DNA of 64,000 bases, from NCBI GenBank assembly GCA_965644495.1, contig CBFFSA010000001.1, positions 1-64,000 on the forward strand, in the 5' to 3' direction. Both the position numbers and the translations under genes were made by a program. Shown here in pieces: positions 39,624 through 50,700 of the stretch. How positions within the stretch are numbered: the first letter of the stretch is position 1; each line of letters opens with the position of its first letter. Origin of the DNA: Perkinsela sp. CCAP 1560/9 (Eukaryota; Protista; Euglenozoa: Kinetoplastea). A model generated the notes under the pieces. It searched no databases, had not been told where the DNA came from, and saw nothing but the letters and a program-made list of their open reading frames with translations.

Positions 39624-42215
39624 ATGAAAACTGATGATCTTGATTACACTACTCACACACTGAGTTCACACACTGAGTTCACACAGGAGGAAGTCCAGGC
39701 TCATTTGAGCTTCTTTAAACTCGCGACCCTAGATACATATTTTCGTTCTCGATATAGGCAGGTTTCGAAGATTTTCGAAAAAAGTACGCCATTTCGCGAG
39801 GAAATTGAAAACTCTATAACTCGACTGTCCCGCGTGAAGGAAGGGGATAACTCTTGTGATCGAAACGGCGATTTTTCTACAACGAAACATGTATCAAGCG
39901 CAGTAAATAAGAACCTGCAAGATGTTCCATCTGTCTTGGAAGCCACTGTAAAAGTCATGTACAAAACTCGCGAAAACATAATGGCAGTTCGCCAATGCTT
40001 GGAGTTTTTCGACAGAATTTCTGACCGTATTCACGAGCTCCAGAGTATTAAAAGTGGAAAAAGCACAAGTAAGACGCTCAAAGTGATTCAGAAAAGTCAC
40101 TTAAATATTTTAGAAATTACTCACCAGGAGATTCTTCTTTTCTATCCCACTTTTAAGAGAGTATTCAATGCAAAGAAAGTGGAATCTGGTGGTTGCGAAG
40201 AGCTTTTACTCCCTTTCTTCAAAAGGTTTCAAGAACTTCTCCTGATGTTGCACGAAGTTTGGCAACTTGGATTGTTCCAGACAGCAGAATTCCTGGAAGG
40301 AAAAGGAAGTCCGGCGTATCCGTTGCTTCAGTTTGCCTTGCAAATCAGCGCAGATGAACGTCGATCTCCAGTACGTTTAGAATTTATCTATGACACTTTG
40401 CTTGAGTTACAGAAGAGGAGTTCAGAAGGATTTGCAAGCAGTCAAAAAAGTATTTGCGATGCTCTAACGTTCCACAGCATGCTTGCAGGCGCTCTGAAAA
40501 CCTTTTGGTCCAAAAATGTACAAATTGGGAAATTTGCAATGTCCCAATCGGACCTCTTTACACAGGTGAAAAAAGCGTCAGATACTCTCTTACGACTGAT
40601 TGAGCCCGTTGGAAAAGTCTCTGTGGGATTTCATGATTTCTCTGTGTGGATGAAAGCACATTGGTTAACGTGTCTTTGTGAGGACTTACTGTGCATTAGC
40701 AATTCCACAAGAGCGGGAAATCATGAATTTGTAGATTGTGTCGAATTGTTGAGTTCTCTTGTAAGTGAACCACCCCATTTTGAGTACCCGGACGAGTGTG
40801 ATATTGCATGGCACTCAGGAGCTCTACAGGATTTATCATGTAATGCATGTCGAATGCTTTCCAAGAAGGACGAGTTCTCCCCTGATTACTATTTACACAA
40901 AACGCTGAATACCATCAAAAACCAGTGGGTCAAGATTGTCGGAGTACGAATAGTTTCATGTTGCGAGTCCAGCGCGCAGACAAATCTTCCCGGTGGATTT
41001 GAGTACGATCCTAAAGGTTTGGTGAACACCCCAGGACCGGTTGATGTCGGAGATATTATTTTTCAAGGAGTTCAACAACCTCTGGGTGTTCTTCCGGTAG
41101 CCTATGCCTTGGAACTGTTGAAATGTAGCACACGAGGCATACTATCCTATGTGAAAACGATCGCAGTTGAATGGAAGAACCACAGGGGGACGCATCCACC
41201 AGACGTATGCTGTATGTGTACAGGCGAAAGAAATTCTTTGAATGAAGCGCATGGCATGGGAAAAAAAGTGCACTTGGATGATTGCTACGTATTGCTTGTA
41301 CTTGCGCAATTAAATGACTTATACCCCCTGCAGAACATCGCTCAAAAGGTAGAGGAAATGGTTATTGAGAAAGTTAATGCATCTCGCTCTTTGCAAACTA
41401 TGGAAGATATTAGCCAACACGATGAGTGGATAGAAGAGATTGAGCATATCACTCGCGACACTATTTTTGAGCTGCGGCACAGCGCGTGCGACATGTGGCT
41501 TTCGTGTCTTTCAAGTTACGTTTCGAATAATTGTCACACAGCTCTGAAGAAATCGATGGAAGAACCGAAGTCCAATTATTTGGAAGTCTCGATGATCTCT
41601 CTGTTGGATCATTTTTTCTCTGATATAAGCGGACATCTAAGTGTGAAATTGTGGGGGTCTGACGTATTACACAGGATTTGTCACGTGATTTCAGTGTCCT
41701 ACGTTGATTGCTTAATCTCCGTCTACGCCGCTCAGGATGAAATCGACGTTGGGACCGTGGAAAACATCGATCGCAATGCTAGATCCCTCAAAAATTGTTG
41801 GGAAAGAGTGGCTAATAAGTATTATGTACGCAATACCACAGCTATTCAGCATAGTACCGATGCACTTCTTCTCGTGAAACGAATATTGGGCACGAGTACA
41901 ACAGCAGAGTTTGAGAGCTTGTGTATGACAGACATTATTCCCTTTTTTCCAGACATTTCAACTCAATTAATTTATATTCTGTTGCGGAAGAAGCCACGAG
42001 GTTATCCATTTAATATGAACTCTCTTCTTCCACCAAAACCATCTAGAACTCGATTAGCAAATCAGTGCCTCACCATATGGAAAAATAATTTGGAGAAGGT
42101 TCATAGCCAGAATGAAACGGAAGGTTCAATTGAGACGATTTCACCACCATCTGTTAACTTAGCGAAGCGCACCTCTTCCGTTTTGGCGTGCGTTTCTGTG
42201 CCTGCCTTGTCGTAG
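39624..42215 (+). CDS. SEC6: Exocyst complex component 3 (Sec6)
   Basis: 863-aa helical protein. GLVNTPGPVDV..II, LAQLND and FPDIST.LI.ILLRK motifs sit at Sec6-typical positions. Confidence 0.7.
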   Translation: MKTDDLDYTTHTLSSHTEFTQEEVQAHLSFFKLATLDTYFRSRYRQVSKIFEKSTPFREEIENSITRLSRVKEGDNSCDRNGDFSTTKHVSSAVNKNLQDVPSVLEATVKVMYKTRENIMAVRQCLEFFDRISDRIHELQSIKSGKSTSKTLKVIQKSHLNILEITHQEILLFYPTFKRVFNAKKVESGGCEELLLPFFKRFQELLLMLHEVWQLGLFQTAEFLEGKGSPAYPLLQFALQISADERRSPVRLEFIYDTLLELQKRSSEGFASSQKSICDALTFHSMLAGALKTFWSKNVQIGKFAMSQSDLFTQVKKASDTLLRLIEPVGKVSVGFHDFSVWMKAHWLTCLCEDLLCISNSTRAGNHEFVDCVELLSSLVSEPPHFEYPDECDIAWHSGALQDLSCNACRMLSKKDEFSPDYYLHKTLNTIKNQWVKIVGVRIVSCCESSAQTNLPGGFEYDPKGLVNTPGPVDVGDIIFQGVQQPLGVLPVAYALELLKCSTRGILSYVKTIAVEWKNHRGTHPPDVCCMCTGERNSLNEAHGMGKKVHLDDCYVLLVLAQLNDLYPLQNIAQKVEEMVIEKVNASRSLQTMEDISQHDEWIEEIEHITRDTIFELRHSACDMWLSCLSSYVSNNCHTALKKSMEEPKSNYLEVSMISLLDHFFSDISGHLSVKLWGSDVLHRICHVISVSYVDCLISVYAAQDEIDVGTVENIDRNARSLKNCWERVANKYYVRNTTAIQHSTDALLLVKRILGTSTTAEFESLCMTDIIPFFPDISTQLIYILLRKKPRGYPFNMNSLLPPKPSRTRLANQCLTIWKNNLEKVHSQNETEGSIETISPPSVNLAKRTSSVLACVSVPALS

Positions 42216-43042
42216 CGTTTAATGGAATATACTACCATAAAACATGTACATTTGATGACATATATCTGATCAAGCCTAATTGTGTCTTGCCTAAATGTGA
42301 GTTTGCTCAGCGATGAAATTGCACAGCTTAGGGGTTTTGAACGACTCGCTCGAATCCTTTTTTTATCCGCTATCGTCAACTGCATACTCTCGTCTATTTC
42401 TGCCATATTATGTCGATCACCACAGACGCGTGACCCCCCTCACATATAAATCTCACAACAAATTTTGCGAGGTTTCACCCACAGCCCCTCATGTATTACA
42501 CAGTTGGGACTCCAATTGGATTCCAATTGGAGCGTTTCGAAAAAATCCAATAGGATGTTGCAATTCTTTTGAGAGGATAGAATAATCTTCGGAAATATTG
42601 ATCCTATTCGATGGAAAATGTCTACAAACTGTATGAGTTGGCTCTGTTACACATGCGCTAGTATTTCGTGTTCTTACTCACGCGTGCATATTGAAACCCC
42701 TCGACGAGAATAAGGCCCCCTTGTTTTTCTCGAGCGGGGACCTATGAGAGTTGCATCACCACTTTTTCGTTCACAATTTTGAGATCTGTGCGTTCCTGGA
42801 TTTTTTAGCCTTTGTTAAAAGTTTGAAAAAATTGTGCACCCCAAAATTCTGAGCTGTTCGGGAGAAAGACTGTGTTGGCTCATAGTCTGCTACTAAAAGC
42901 ATTCTGTGGCTCCGGTGTGCAGCCTCCTCGTGGATTGTATGGTGCCCTTTTGGGGTCGTGATTACGATGGATGTGAAAATAATCTTTTGCACATGGTTTC
43001 TAGCGCTGCTTATTTTCGCTAGGAGAATGCGAACTTTGATTA

Positions 43043-43327
43043 CCGTATACCCCCCCTCAGTAAGAGAATCAGTAAAGTTTAGGGTCGAAATGGCCAAATC
43101 TCTCTTACCGGGGGGGTATGCTTTTTTGGCCAGTTTCCCCTTTTCTCCCAACTTTTTTGACTGTTTTTTCTATTTTTTCTTCTGAAAACGTGTTAAAACG
43201 CTTCTTTGGGTTACCCCCGAGGCCCCCAACATGCAGACACCCACCCCCTACCCCCTATACGCCCCCTGTGGGGCTCCCAAGCCAAATTTCTCTTATTGGG
43301 GGGTACCTTACTGGGGGGGGTATACGG
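43043..43327. mobile_element. MITE family E, 285 bp
   Basis: TIRs CCGTATACCCCCCC..CAGTAAG; TA on both sides. Confidence 0.88.
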
Positions 43328-43835
43328 TAATGCATGTTATCCGAAGCGTTTCAAATTGATTTTGAGTTCCGAAGCGTCCTTGATTGTTGTTTAATCATGC
43401 ACTTATAGTGCAGAGACAGTGTCCTTACCCGCACACGACGGGTGGATCACATGAGGATTTGCCCTCGCTGGAGGAGAATGGGTGCAGAGAGCTGGCGTCC
43501 CAGGTGCAGAGAGCTCGGTTGTCTTGCGTAGGTTCAGAGAGTCGGATGCGTAATCCCCATATTACTGTTTCGGGGGCAATTCGGGTGCAGAGAGCTGCGA
43601 CAGAGCCGAGGTGCGGAGAGCTGGGTGACCGCCAGGTGAGGAGAGCCTAAACACGGGCAGCGAGGGACACGTCTAGTGGTCCTCGAGGGAGGCCACCGTG
43701 ACGCCTACCTCTCTCGGAGAGGTAAAGATTAAGAAGAAAGAAGCCGAGAGAGAAAGCACTCACTCCAGGGGAGTGAGTCGGGGAGGGGTGAAGGGATGAA
43801 GGCTCTTCCCCTGCTTCAGTGAGAAAAAGGGACAG

Positions 43836-43940
43836 TTCCAGCTTTAGCGCCGGTCGGCAACGGGTATGAAAATACAGTAAGAGAGTGCCCGTTTCCGGGG
43901 AAAGAAAGGAACTAAGGTTAAGTACCAACAACAAGGTATT
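43836..43940 (-). pseudogene. SL RNA gene-like unit 1 (exon truncated)
   Basis: TACCTTGTTGTTG|GTAC...CCCGGAAACGGG, homologous to unit 2 located 449 bp away. Confidence 0.5.
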
Positions 43941-44281
43941 TCATTTCACTTTCATACCGGGCGAGCCGGCAGAGCTTTTCCTGTCGTACGACGACCGTTA
44001 TCAACGGCCATTACAGCGCATTCAACGCCGGTCGTAGGCAGGGATTCGGCCTATGGCCACGCCGCGTGGTCCTCAAGGGAGGTCCTGCAGCGCCTGGGGG
44101 GGGGTGAAGGGGGCACTGGACTTCCACTGCGGGGGGCGTTGTTGAGAGGCTGCAAGAAACCTTTCGGCTACGCAGCGTCGTTGAGAGGCTTTCCCCGGCG
44201 TCCATCCAGCGGGGGCACTCGGCGCGTCTGGCGCGCTGCACGAGGGTGCGAAGCGGCGGCCCCTCTTCAACGGAAAGATGA

Positions 44282-44445
44282 GTTTCCGGCCCTAGCGCCA
44301 ACCGGAAACGAACATAAAAGTTTAAGAGTATGCCCGTTTCCGGGAAAAGAAAGGATGAACTAGGAAAAATGTACCAACAAGGTACAGAAACTGTATTTTT
44401 ATGATCCAGAAACTCTTTATGGTACAGAAACTGTTTCTTTAATGT
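44282..44445 (-). ncRNA. Spliced-leader (mini-exon) RNA gene-like unit 2, probably a pseudogene/orphon
   Basis: ACAGTTTCTGTAC-CTTGTTG|GTAC reproduces the kinetoplastid SL exon 3' core, 7-nt spacing and GT donor. It is followed by a GNRA hairpin, a U-rich single strand and a second hairpin. Confidence 0.6.
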
Positions 44446-44467
44446 GGTAGGAATAGCAAGTAGAAAA

Positions 44468-44498
44468 TTCTCTCGCTCTCTCTCTCCCTCACACACAG
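44468..44498 (+). promoter_or_regulatory. Candidate trans-splice acceptor (pyrimidine tract + AG) for APC10
   Basis: TTCTCTCGCTCTCTCTCTCCCTCACACACAG ends ~38 nt before ATG 44536. Confidence 0.5.
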
Positions 44499-44535
44499 AC
44501 ATATACAATATACATTGTATTATACAAAACTTTTT

Positions 44536-45312
44536 ATGGACGTTGTTGGTTACGGAGACACGCCGCCTGAAGGTTTTCAAGGCTTGTCAGATGGAGCAAG
44601 TCGATCTTTGTTTAATAGAGCTTCGGTTTCGTATGAATCAAGGTCTTCTCATGTCGCTTCGTATAAACATGAAATTAGCAATTACATACGCGAAATAGGA
44701 TCACAAGCTTCATGGCAAGTATCGAGTTCAAAGTATGAATGTGGCATAGAGCATTTAAAACTTAATACAGGTTTGAAAACCAATACATATATCGAATGTG
44801 CGTTATTGAACGCTGGAAACGGTTTCCGCGGACAGTGTTCTGGCTCCCTACTTCCTTACGATCGTAAATTAACAGGTGCTAGAACTGATCTCCTAAGCAG
44901 CGTATCACCCTCACGGAAAACTTACTGGCAAAGTGATGGTACTCAACCTCATCGAATCGAAATTTCTTTTCCTCGCCTGGTACTGGTTTCCGAAATATGT
45001 CTCCTTTTAGACCACCCAGGCGACGACAGTTATACGCCAAGCCGCGTTCATGTCCGGTGCGGCACGAGTTGCCGCGACGCCGAGGAAATACTCCAGGCCT
45101 CCTTCTCTTCCCCTACCGGTTGGGTTAGCATCCAACTGCGGAACGAGCAGCGAGCCGTCACCCAGCTTATTGCGGGGAGTTACTTTGCACTTGACTTCAC
45201 GGAAAATCATGAGAATGGGCGCGATAGCAGAGTGCATGGGTTAAAGATATACGGTCTGAGTGGCGATTCTCTTCACTCGGATAAAAGTATCATGTTGCGG
45301 TACCCAGTGTAG
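44536..45312 (+). CDS. APC10: Anaphase-promoting complex subunit 10 (Doc1)
   Basis: REIGSQASWQVSSSK..GIEHL, TYWQSDGTQPH, DDSYTPSRV, PTGWV, NHENGRDSRV. Confidence 0.93.
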   Translation: MDVVGYGDTPPEGFQGLSDGASRSLFNRASVSYESRSSHVASYKHEISNYIREIGSQASWQVSSSKYECGIEHLKLNTGLKTNTYIECALLNAGNGFRGQCSGSLLPYDRKLTGARTDLLSSVSPSRKTYWQSDGTQPHRIEISFPRLVLVSEICLLLDHPGDDSYTPSRVHVRCGTSCRDAEEILQASFSSPTGWVSIQLRNEQRAVTQLIAGSYFALDFTENHENGRDSRVHGLKIYGLSGDSLHSDKSIMLRYPV

Positions 45313-46021
45313 AATCACCGTTCGACCAGACATGAGTTTCAGTTTTGAAGATAATCATGAAGTTCGGAGAACTGACCAATCCCGCGCAGCTCGCGGGATT
45401 GTTTCTACTCGTCAACTGTAGAAATCTTTTAAATATGATTTGTAGAACAGGAGAATCGAGTGTGTGTGTACGTGTAGGTACACCGTATCACCAGAGTCGC
45501 ACTCCCATGGTGATACAGTATACCGCTCGGAGTGATTACCGGGAAGACAGCCGTGCCGGGGAATATGCACCAGCGACAACCCCAGAGCAAGATTTCTCCC
45601 ATGCGTCAGTCTCCCGAAGTGAAGTTGTAATACGTTGTCTACACCTTAGCGTACTTGACTCATGACCAACGATGAAATACAGGAGGGCAGAAGATGGATA
45701 CAATAATTTTGATTATGAAAACGGGTGTTGGGTAAAACGAAGAGCCTCGCTGATGTCACGGAAATACTGATTTCCATCATAAGTAAATGCATAAAAACTC
45801 GCACCGATTTGCGGCGTTTCTTTTCCTATCGCGGACCACAATACCTCGAAAAAGTAAAATCTAAGCTAATGTGATGCAAATATTAATTTAATTGGCGCTT
45901 CAACTACGCCAATAGCGTCCCTTGTCTAGCTAATAGCCTGCCTTATCTGAAGCAGTGATGAAAATAGCTTTGAGGCGCTCAATTTTATGGGGGGCACAAT
46001 ACTAATAATCGTTCCCACTTA

Positions 46022-46558
46022 GAGGGTTGAAACCTGTTAAATTTTGCCAGGTTTCGCCAAGTTTTGCCTGGTTTTGCCAGGACACCTATTTTTTTGGGCG
46101 TCATTTTGGGAGACGTGTCACGGCTTCAAGAAGGGGTATCTTGTGAAAACAACGGCGTAGAAAGCTAGTATAGGTCCCAAACTCTCAAACTACTATAGGT
46201 GAAACGATTTTGAATAACTATTTTTTAAGCTATGTTTTTCGCCAAGTTGGCGTGTTTTTCAATTTTCTTTTCAGAAGAAACCAAACTTGGCGGCCCCGTC
46301 CTGTTGATACCAGGGGGAGTCGTCCCCGAGTACGGGGGTGGAAAGTGTTCGCCAAGAACTCGGCTACCGTTTCTGAGGGTTTATTTCAAAAAATATCTTT
46401 TTCAAAATTTTCATTTTTTGTGGCGCGAAAATGCTTTGCAGCGCACGATGGAGACCAAGTACGTTCTTCACTACTTTTGACAAAGTACTTTTCTTCGCCA
46501 TGTCAATGAGGAATATGCGGGTTTTGCCAGGTTTTGCCTTTCGTGGGTTTCAACCCTC
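46022..46558. mobile_element. Non-autonomous PIF/Harbinger-type element, 537 bp
   Basis: TIRs GAGGGTTGAAACC flanked by TTA on both sides (46019-21, 46559-61); subterminal TTTTGCCAGG repeats. Confidence 0.85.
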
Positions 46559-46782
46559 TTATCATGCCCCCGGCACAATAACTACAGGACACATTAACCC
46601 GTAGCCATGGGCACATTAACCCAAAGCATGGTTTACATGTCGTCTGTCAGGCTACGAAAACCATTTCGTTCTTTGGCCCAAAGGAATGAGTCGATAAGAT
46701 AAGTGTACTCTTGAAGAAGAGTGTTCGTCGAACTCATACAGTGTAAGGTATACTGTAAGTAAGGTTATTGCGACTATAGCTA

Positions 46783-47087
46783 CTATCCACCCCCTATTTA
46801 ATAGGGCTATGCGTGCCCCCCCTTTAATAGGGCTATTTTGTCTAAAAGGTCAAACAAGATACTATAACTACTAGTACATGTGCGTATCGTTATAAATTTG
46901 AGTGCGTTATCTGATTTTGATGTAAACTTCGACCTACGATGTTTCTATACGTTAGTTTGTTTCTATACGTTCGTTTCTATACGTAAGTTCGTGTGCATTA
47001 TTTTATTCCATCTCCTTAATTAGTCCCCCCCCTCTTTATTAAGGCATTTCCACCAAAACCGTTGCCCCATTAAATAGGTGGGGATAG
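46783..47087. mobile_element. MITE family C, second copy
   Basis: CTATCCACCCCCTATTTAATAGGGC / GCCCCATTAAATAGGTGGGGATAG, TA flanks. Confidence 0.85.
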
Positions 47088-47710
47088 TAGTTATCTTGCC
47101 GGGGGGACAATAACCCGGAACAGGGTTAGATTCCAGATACGGGTAGGAATCCAAATATCAAAAAATGGGTGGACTGTTAATTAGGTGGACAAATATCTAC
47201 TCTGATACTGTAGTATCAGTTCCTGTTTTTGTCACTATTATACCATTAAACCACTAAGTAAAATAGCTTAAACTAGTAATTTCTTTTCGTGTTCATTTCC
47301 TAAAACAGAGATTTTTGCCTGATGGATTTGATTGGAAATAGTTTCAATATATAGTAGCAGTATTCGCACTCTACGTGATGTCACTTCAAACAAGCATATA
47401 TTCGACACAAAAATGAAAACAGTTCATTGCACTGAATTTTATAATTTTCTTTTGGCACGCAATCAAAAATAAGAGAACCACAATTCATTATTTCTGCTCT
47501 AGACATTTTTCTAAACAAATTTAGTAGAAGAAAAAAACGTTTTTTTCCTATCTCAAGCTGGAAAAAGAATCATGTCAATAGTTAAAATTGGGAGCATCAC
47601 GCGAACCGCACCAATCTGACCTCTCGCACATTGATGGTGCAGTGCGCGGACCATTGTCTCAAATTACACAGAAGACTGCATAGATAGGTTGCGCTACATA
47701 GTGAGGAGAA

Positions 47711-50700
47711 ATGAAGTTGCAGCGTCGCAGAAGATTTGAAAATTCGCCATCCTTACAGTACTTTCGAGGTTTTCTCGCCCGTACGGGATTTCCTTGGTAC
47801 TCGGGTTGCAAACTCAATCTCAATGAGACCTGCGACCAATACGCAGCCGATGTCGATAAGTCCTCTTATTCGGCCTTTGAAGAAGTGAATTCTCTCGCCA
47901 ATTCGCAATCTTTTGCCGTAAGTGGTTCAGACCCCTTTTCTAGTTCTCCTGAGTGCACGCATCGCGCTCTTCCTCGCATTCCTAAAAATACTTTAATATA
48001 TTGGATTAGAAGTCTTGAACCCTATGCCAGATCAACAAAATCCTTTTGTACAAAGCTGGAAAATGAGTGGAAAAGTGAACGAAGCGATACATATCTAAAT
48101 CAAAGAAAATTTCCTTCACGATACAATTCTCGTTGGTCGCGCCATCTACATCGTAAGAGTATTTACGAAAGATATTTGCAATTGAACGTTGCTCAAGGCG
48201 CCCTTATAAAAGGAAACCCTAAAAAGCCTCGCATAAATACCATGACCAGAACAAACTTTTTAAATGCAGATTCCTCTGATTCAATAGACGCGGGGCTAGA
48301 AAGTCCAAGGGATGTTGAATCTACTTATGGAGCGTATGGAACTTCGATGAATCTAGTATACAGCGAACAAAAAATAGCTCTTCAGGGCACAGACCCGAAG
48401 AACATGCATCGATACCTCCAAGGAAATGAAAAATACTTATCAGACGATTGGCTACCATGTCCCGAGGATTCAGAAAGACAATTTTGTGCATGCTTTTCCG
48501 GGGTTCGTTACTACGGTTGCCCTGTTTCTCACTATCAATTTCTGTGTCCATCGCCATGTGCTTACCACCGAATGGATGAGCACTTCGATGACAGTCAATG
48601 CGCAACACACAACTTATTCAGGTGCTCAACTGACTGCTATCAAGTCAAGGAAGAATCTAAAGCCATTATTAAAGAACGGAATCAGTATCTGTACGACGGA
48701 AGCCGAATTATTGGATTTCGGAAAATACTTTCTGAGTGTGAGTTGCAACCTACGAAGTTAATTCAGAGTCATAGCCAGCATTTACTAGGTACGCGTATGT
48801 CTTACAATTCATATTCTCCAAAAGAAACCGTTTCGAGCCAACCTAAGCCGCCAAGAGAAAAGAAAGGCAAGAAAACGTCAGATTCTAATATTATATCGAG
48901 CAACAAAGATCGGGATGGAATGGCGCCATCTTCTGGCACTAACCTGATTTCTAAAGCCAGCACGGAAAGAATAATTTTTGAAAACAGTTCGACTGTCAGT
49001 CCTTCTGTACAAGAAGTGAGAATCCCATCCTCGTCGAGAAATGATCCGAAACCCTCGATAGACGTAAACGAAGAGTCAAAAACGAATTGCGAAGGAGTGA
49101 GCAAAAAATCTTGTATTAATTCAAAATACACATACCACAGAAATGCTAATCTTTTCCTACAAAGAGTGTGGGCTCGACAATTTTTCTTGTTATTATCTCG
49201 CCTTTTTCTGTCGAAAAGAAACGGACTATCTGAGGTACCGACCACGTATCTTATTCACGAATTTGTCTCTCTCCTATCTCCTTTGCTGTGCGTTAAGCCT
49301 TGTCCCTCCCGCGAAGTGCTGTCCACAGTTTTGCAAAAGCTACGACTAGACGAATTAAGCTCGAATGTTAGCTCCGAGTTAGTCCTTTTCTTTCTCTCTG
49401 AACTTATAGAACTGTATCACACATTCTTTTCCGTATGTGGGAATATCTGGGGTGAGAAGACACCGAGTTTATCGGGAGGTTGTGTCCCCGACACTGATTT
49501 CCATTCTGTGCACGTTGCGTTTACAATGCTCTTTTGTATACCGCTGTCGGGATGGGCGGAACTCGACCTCATTGCCCTGTTTCTTCTTACGATGCGTGAA
49601 TTGCACAGCAGTGCCACCCGTAATATCGAACAACCATTAGATTCGCATACGGATCGTACGAGTATTACACAAGAGGAAAATCAAAGCGAAGATAGTGAAG
49701 AAGATGTGGACGTTCATTGGGACTATATATTTTGCGATTCCGGTAGGAAAGACAAAGCGACGTTCATTCCGTGTACGCGCTATGATGAACCGACCAAGAA
49801 ATTTCTTTATTTGAGGGCTCGCCTGTTTCGTTTCTTGCGGTCGCATGAAATTATGCGCTCGTCGTACTGCATCGACGAAAGGTTAACCAAACAGGGTGAT
49901 TCCATCGTGTACATCTGCTGTAGAGGATGGAAAGAAAATCAAAGCTTTTTCAAGCCAGAAGTAGCAACTACTATCGATCTTGCAAACTATAATATGAGTA
50001 GTGTTCTTTCAGAAATTCCGAGTTATTGGGTTCCATGGAGTGCAGTCATAAGCCGAGTGGCTTCGAAACTTAGCCCTTTGCCGGATTCGAGTCTAACGAA
50101 ATGTATAGAAATCTTAAGTTCTACTCCTGAATGGATTATGAATACCAATGGAATATGTATGACTCAGGGTGCAGCATCAAATAAAGACGCAGTCTGCCAG
50201 AATTCCATCATTTGCGTAGTCAAAGTAGGTAAGCCTGGGAAATTATCGGACTCAAAGGAAAAATCACTTATATTTGTCAAACGAAACGTTTTTGAGAATG
50301 ACGAACACGAAGAGGCTCAAATACGGACGCTCTTTCATCAGGAGAAGTGCCTCAGAAATTTGGAGAAGCATCACTTCCGAAAAGTTTTGGATTCTAACAT
50401 ACAAACAGGATGGAAAGAAATTACCAGCCCGATATTCGAAGTGAACAAAAGGTTAGTGATGGGTTGGTTGAGGCATAACGCAACTGTCGCTCCCTACTTA
50501 AACTATGAAGGGTGGAATGCAAGAATCGCTGACTTACGAAACTCCATTGAGAGATTACGAAGAACTCCCAATATTTATGGAGATAAAAATGGTATAAGTG
50601 CTTCAAAAATGAGGCGATTTCTTCCATTTAAAGTAGAAAAGCTTCCAAAACATCTCCAAGTTTGGATTAATTTTGGGAATAGCGTTGCGATTCCCGCACC

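Noticed and set aside
43980-44060. 5S rRNA linked to the SL-like units
   Set aside because: Only short words (TACGACC, GGCCGAAT) in the wrong order; no internal control region.
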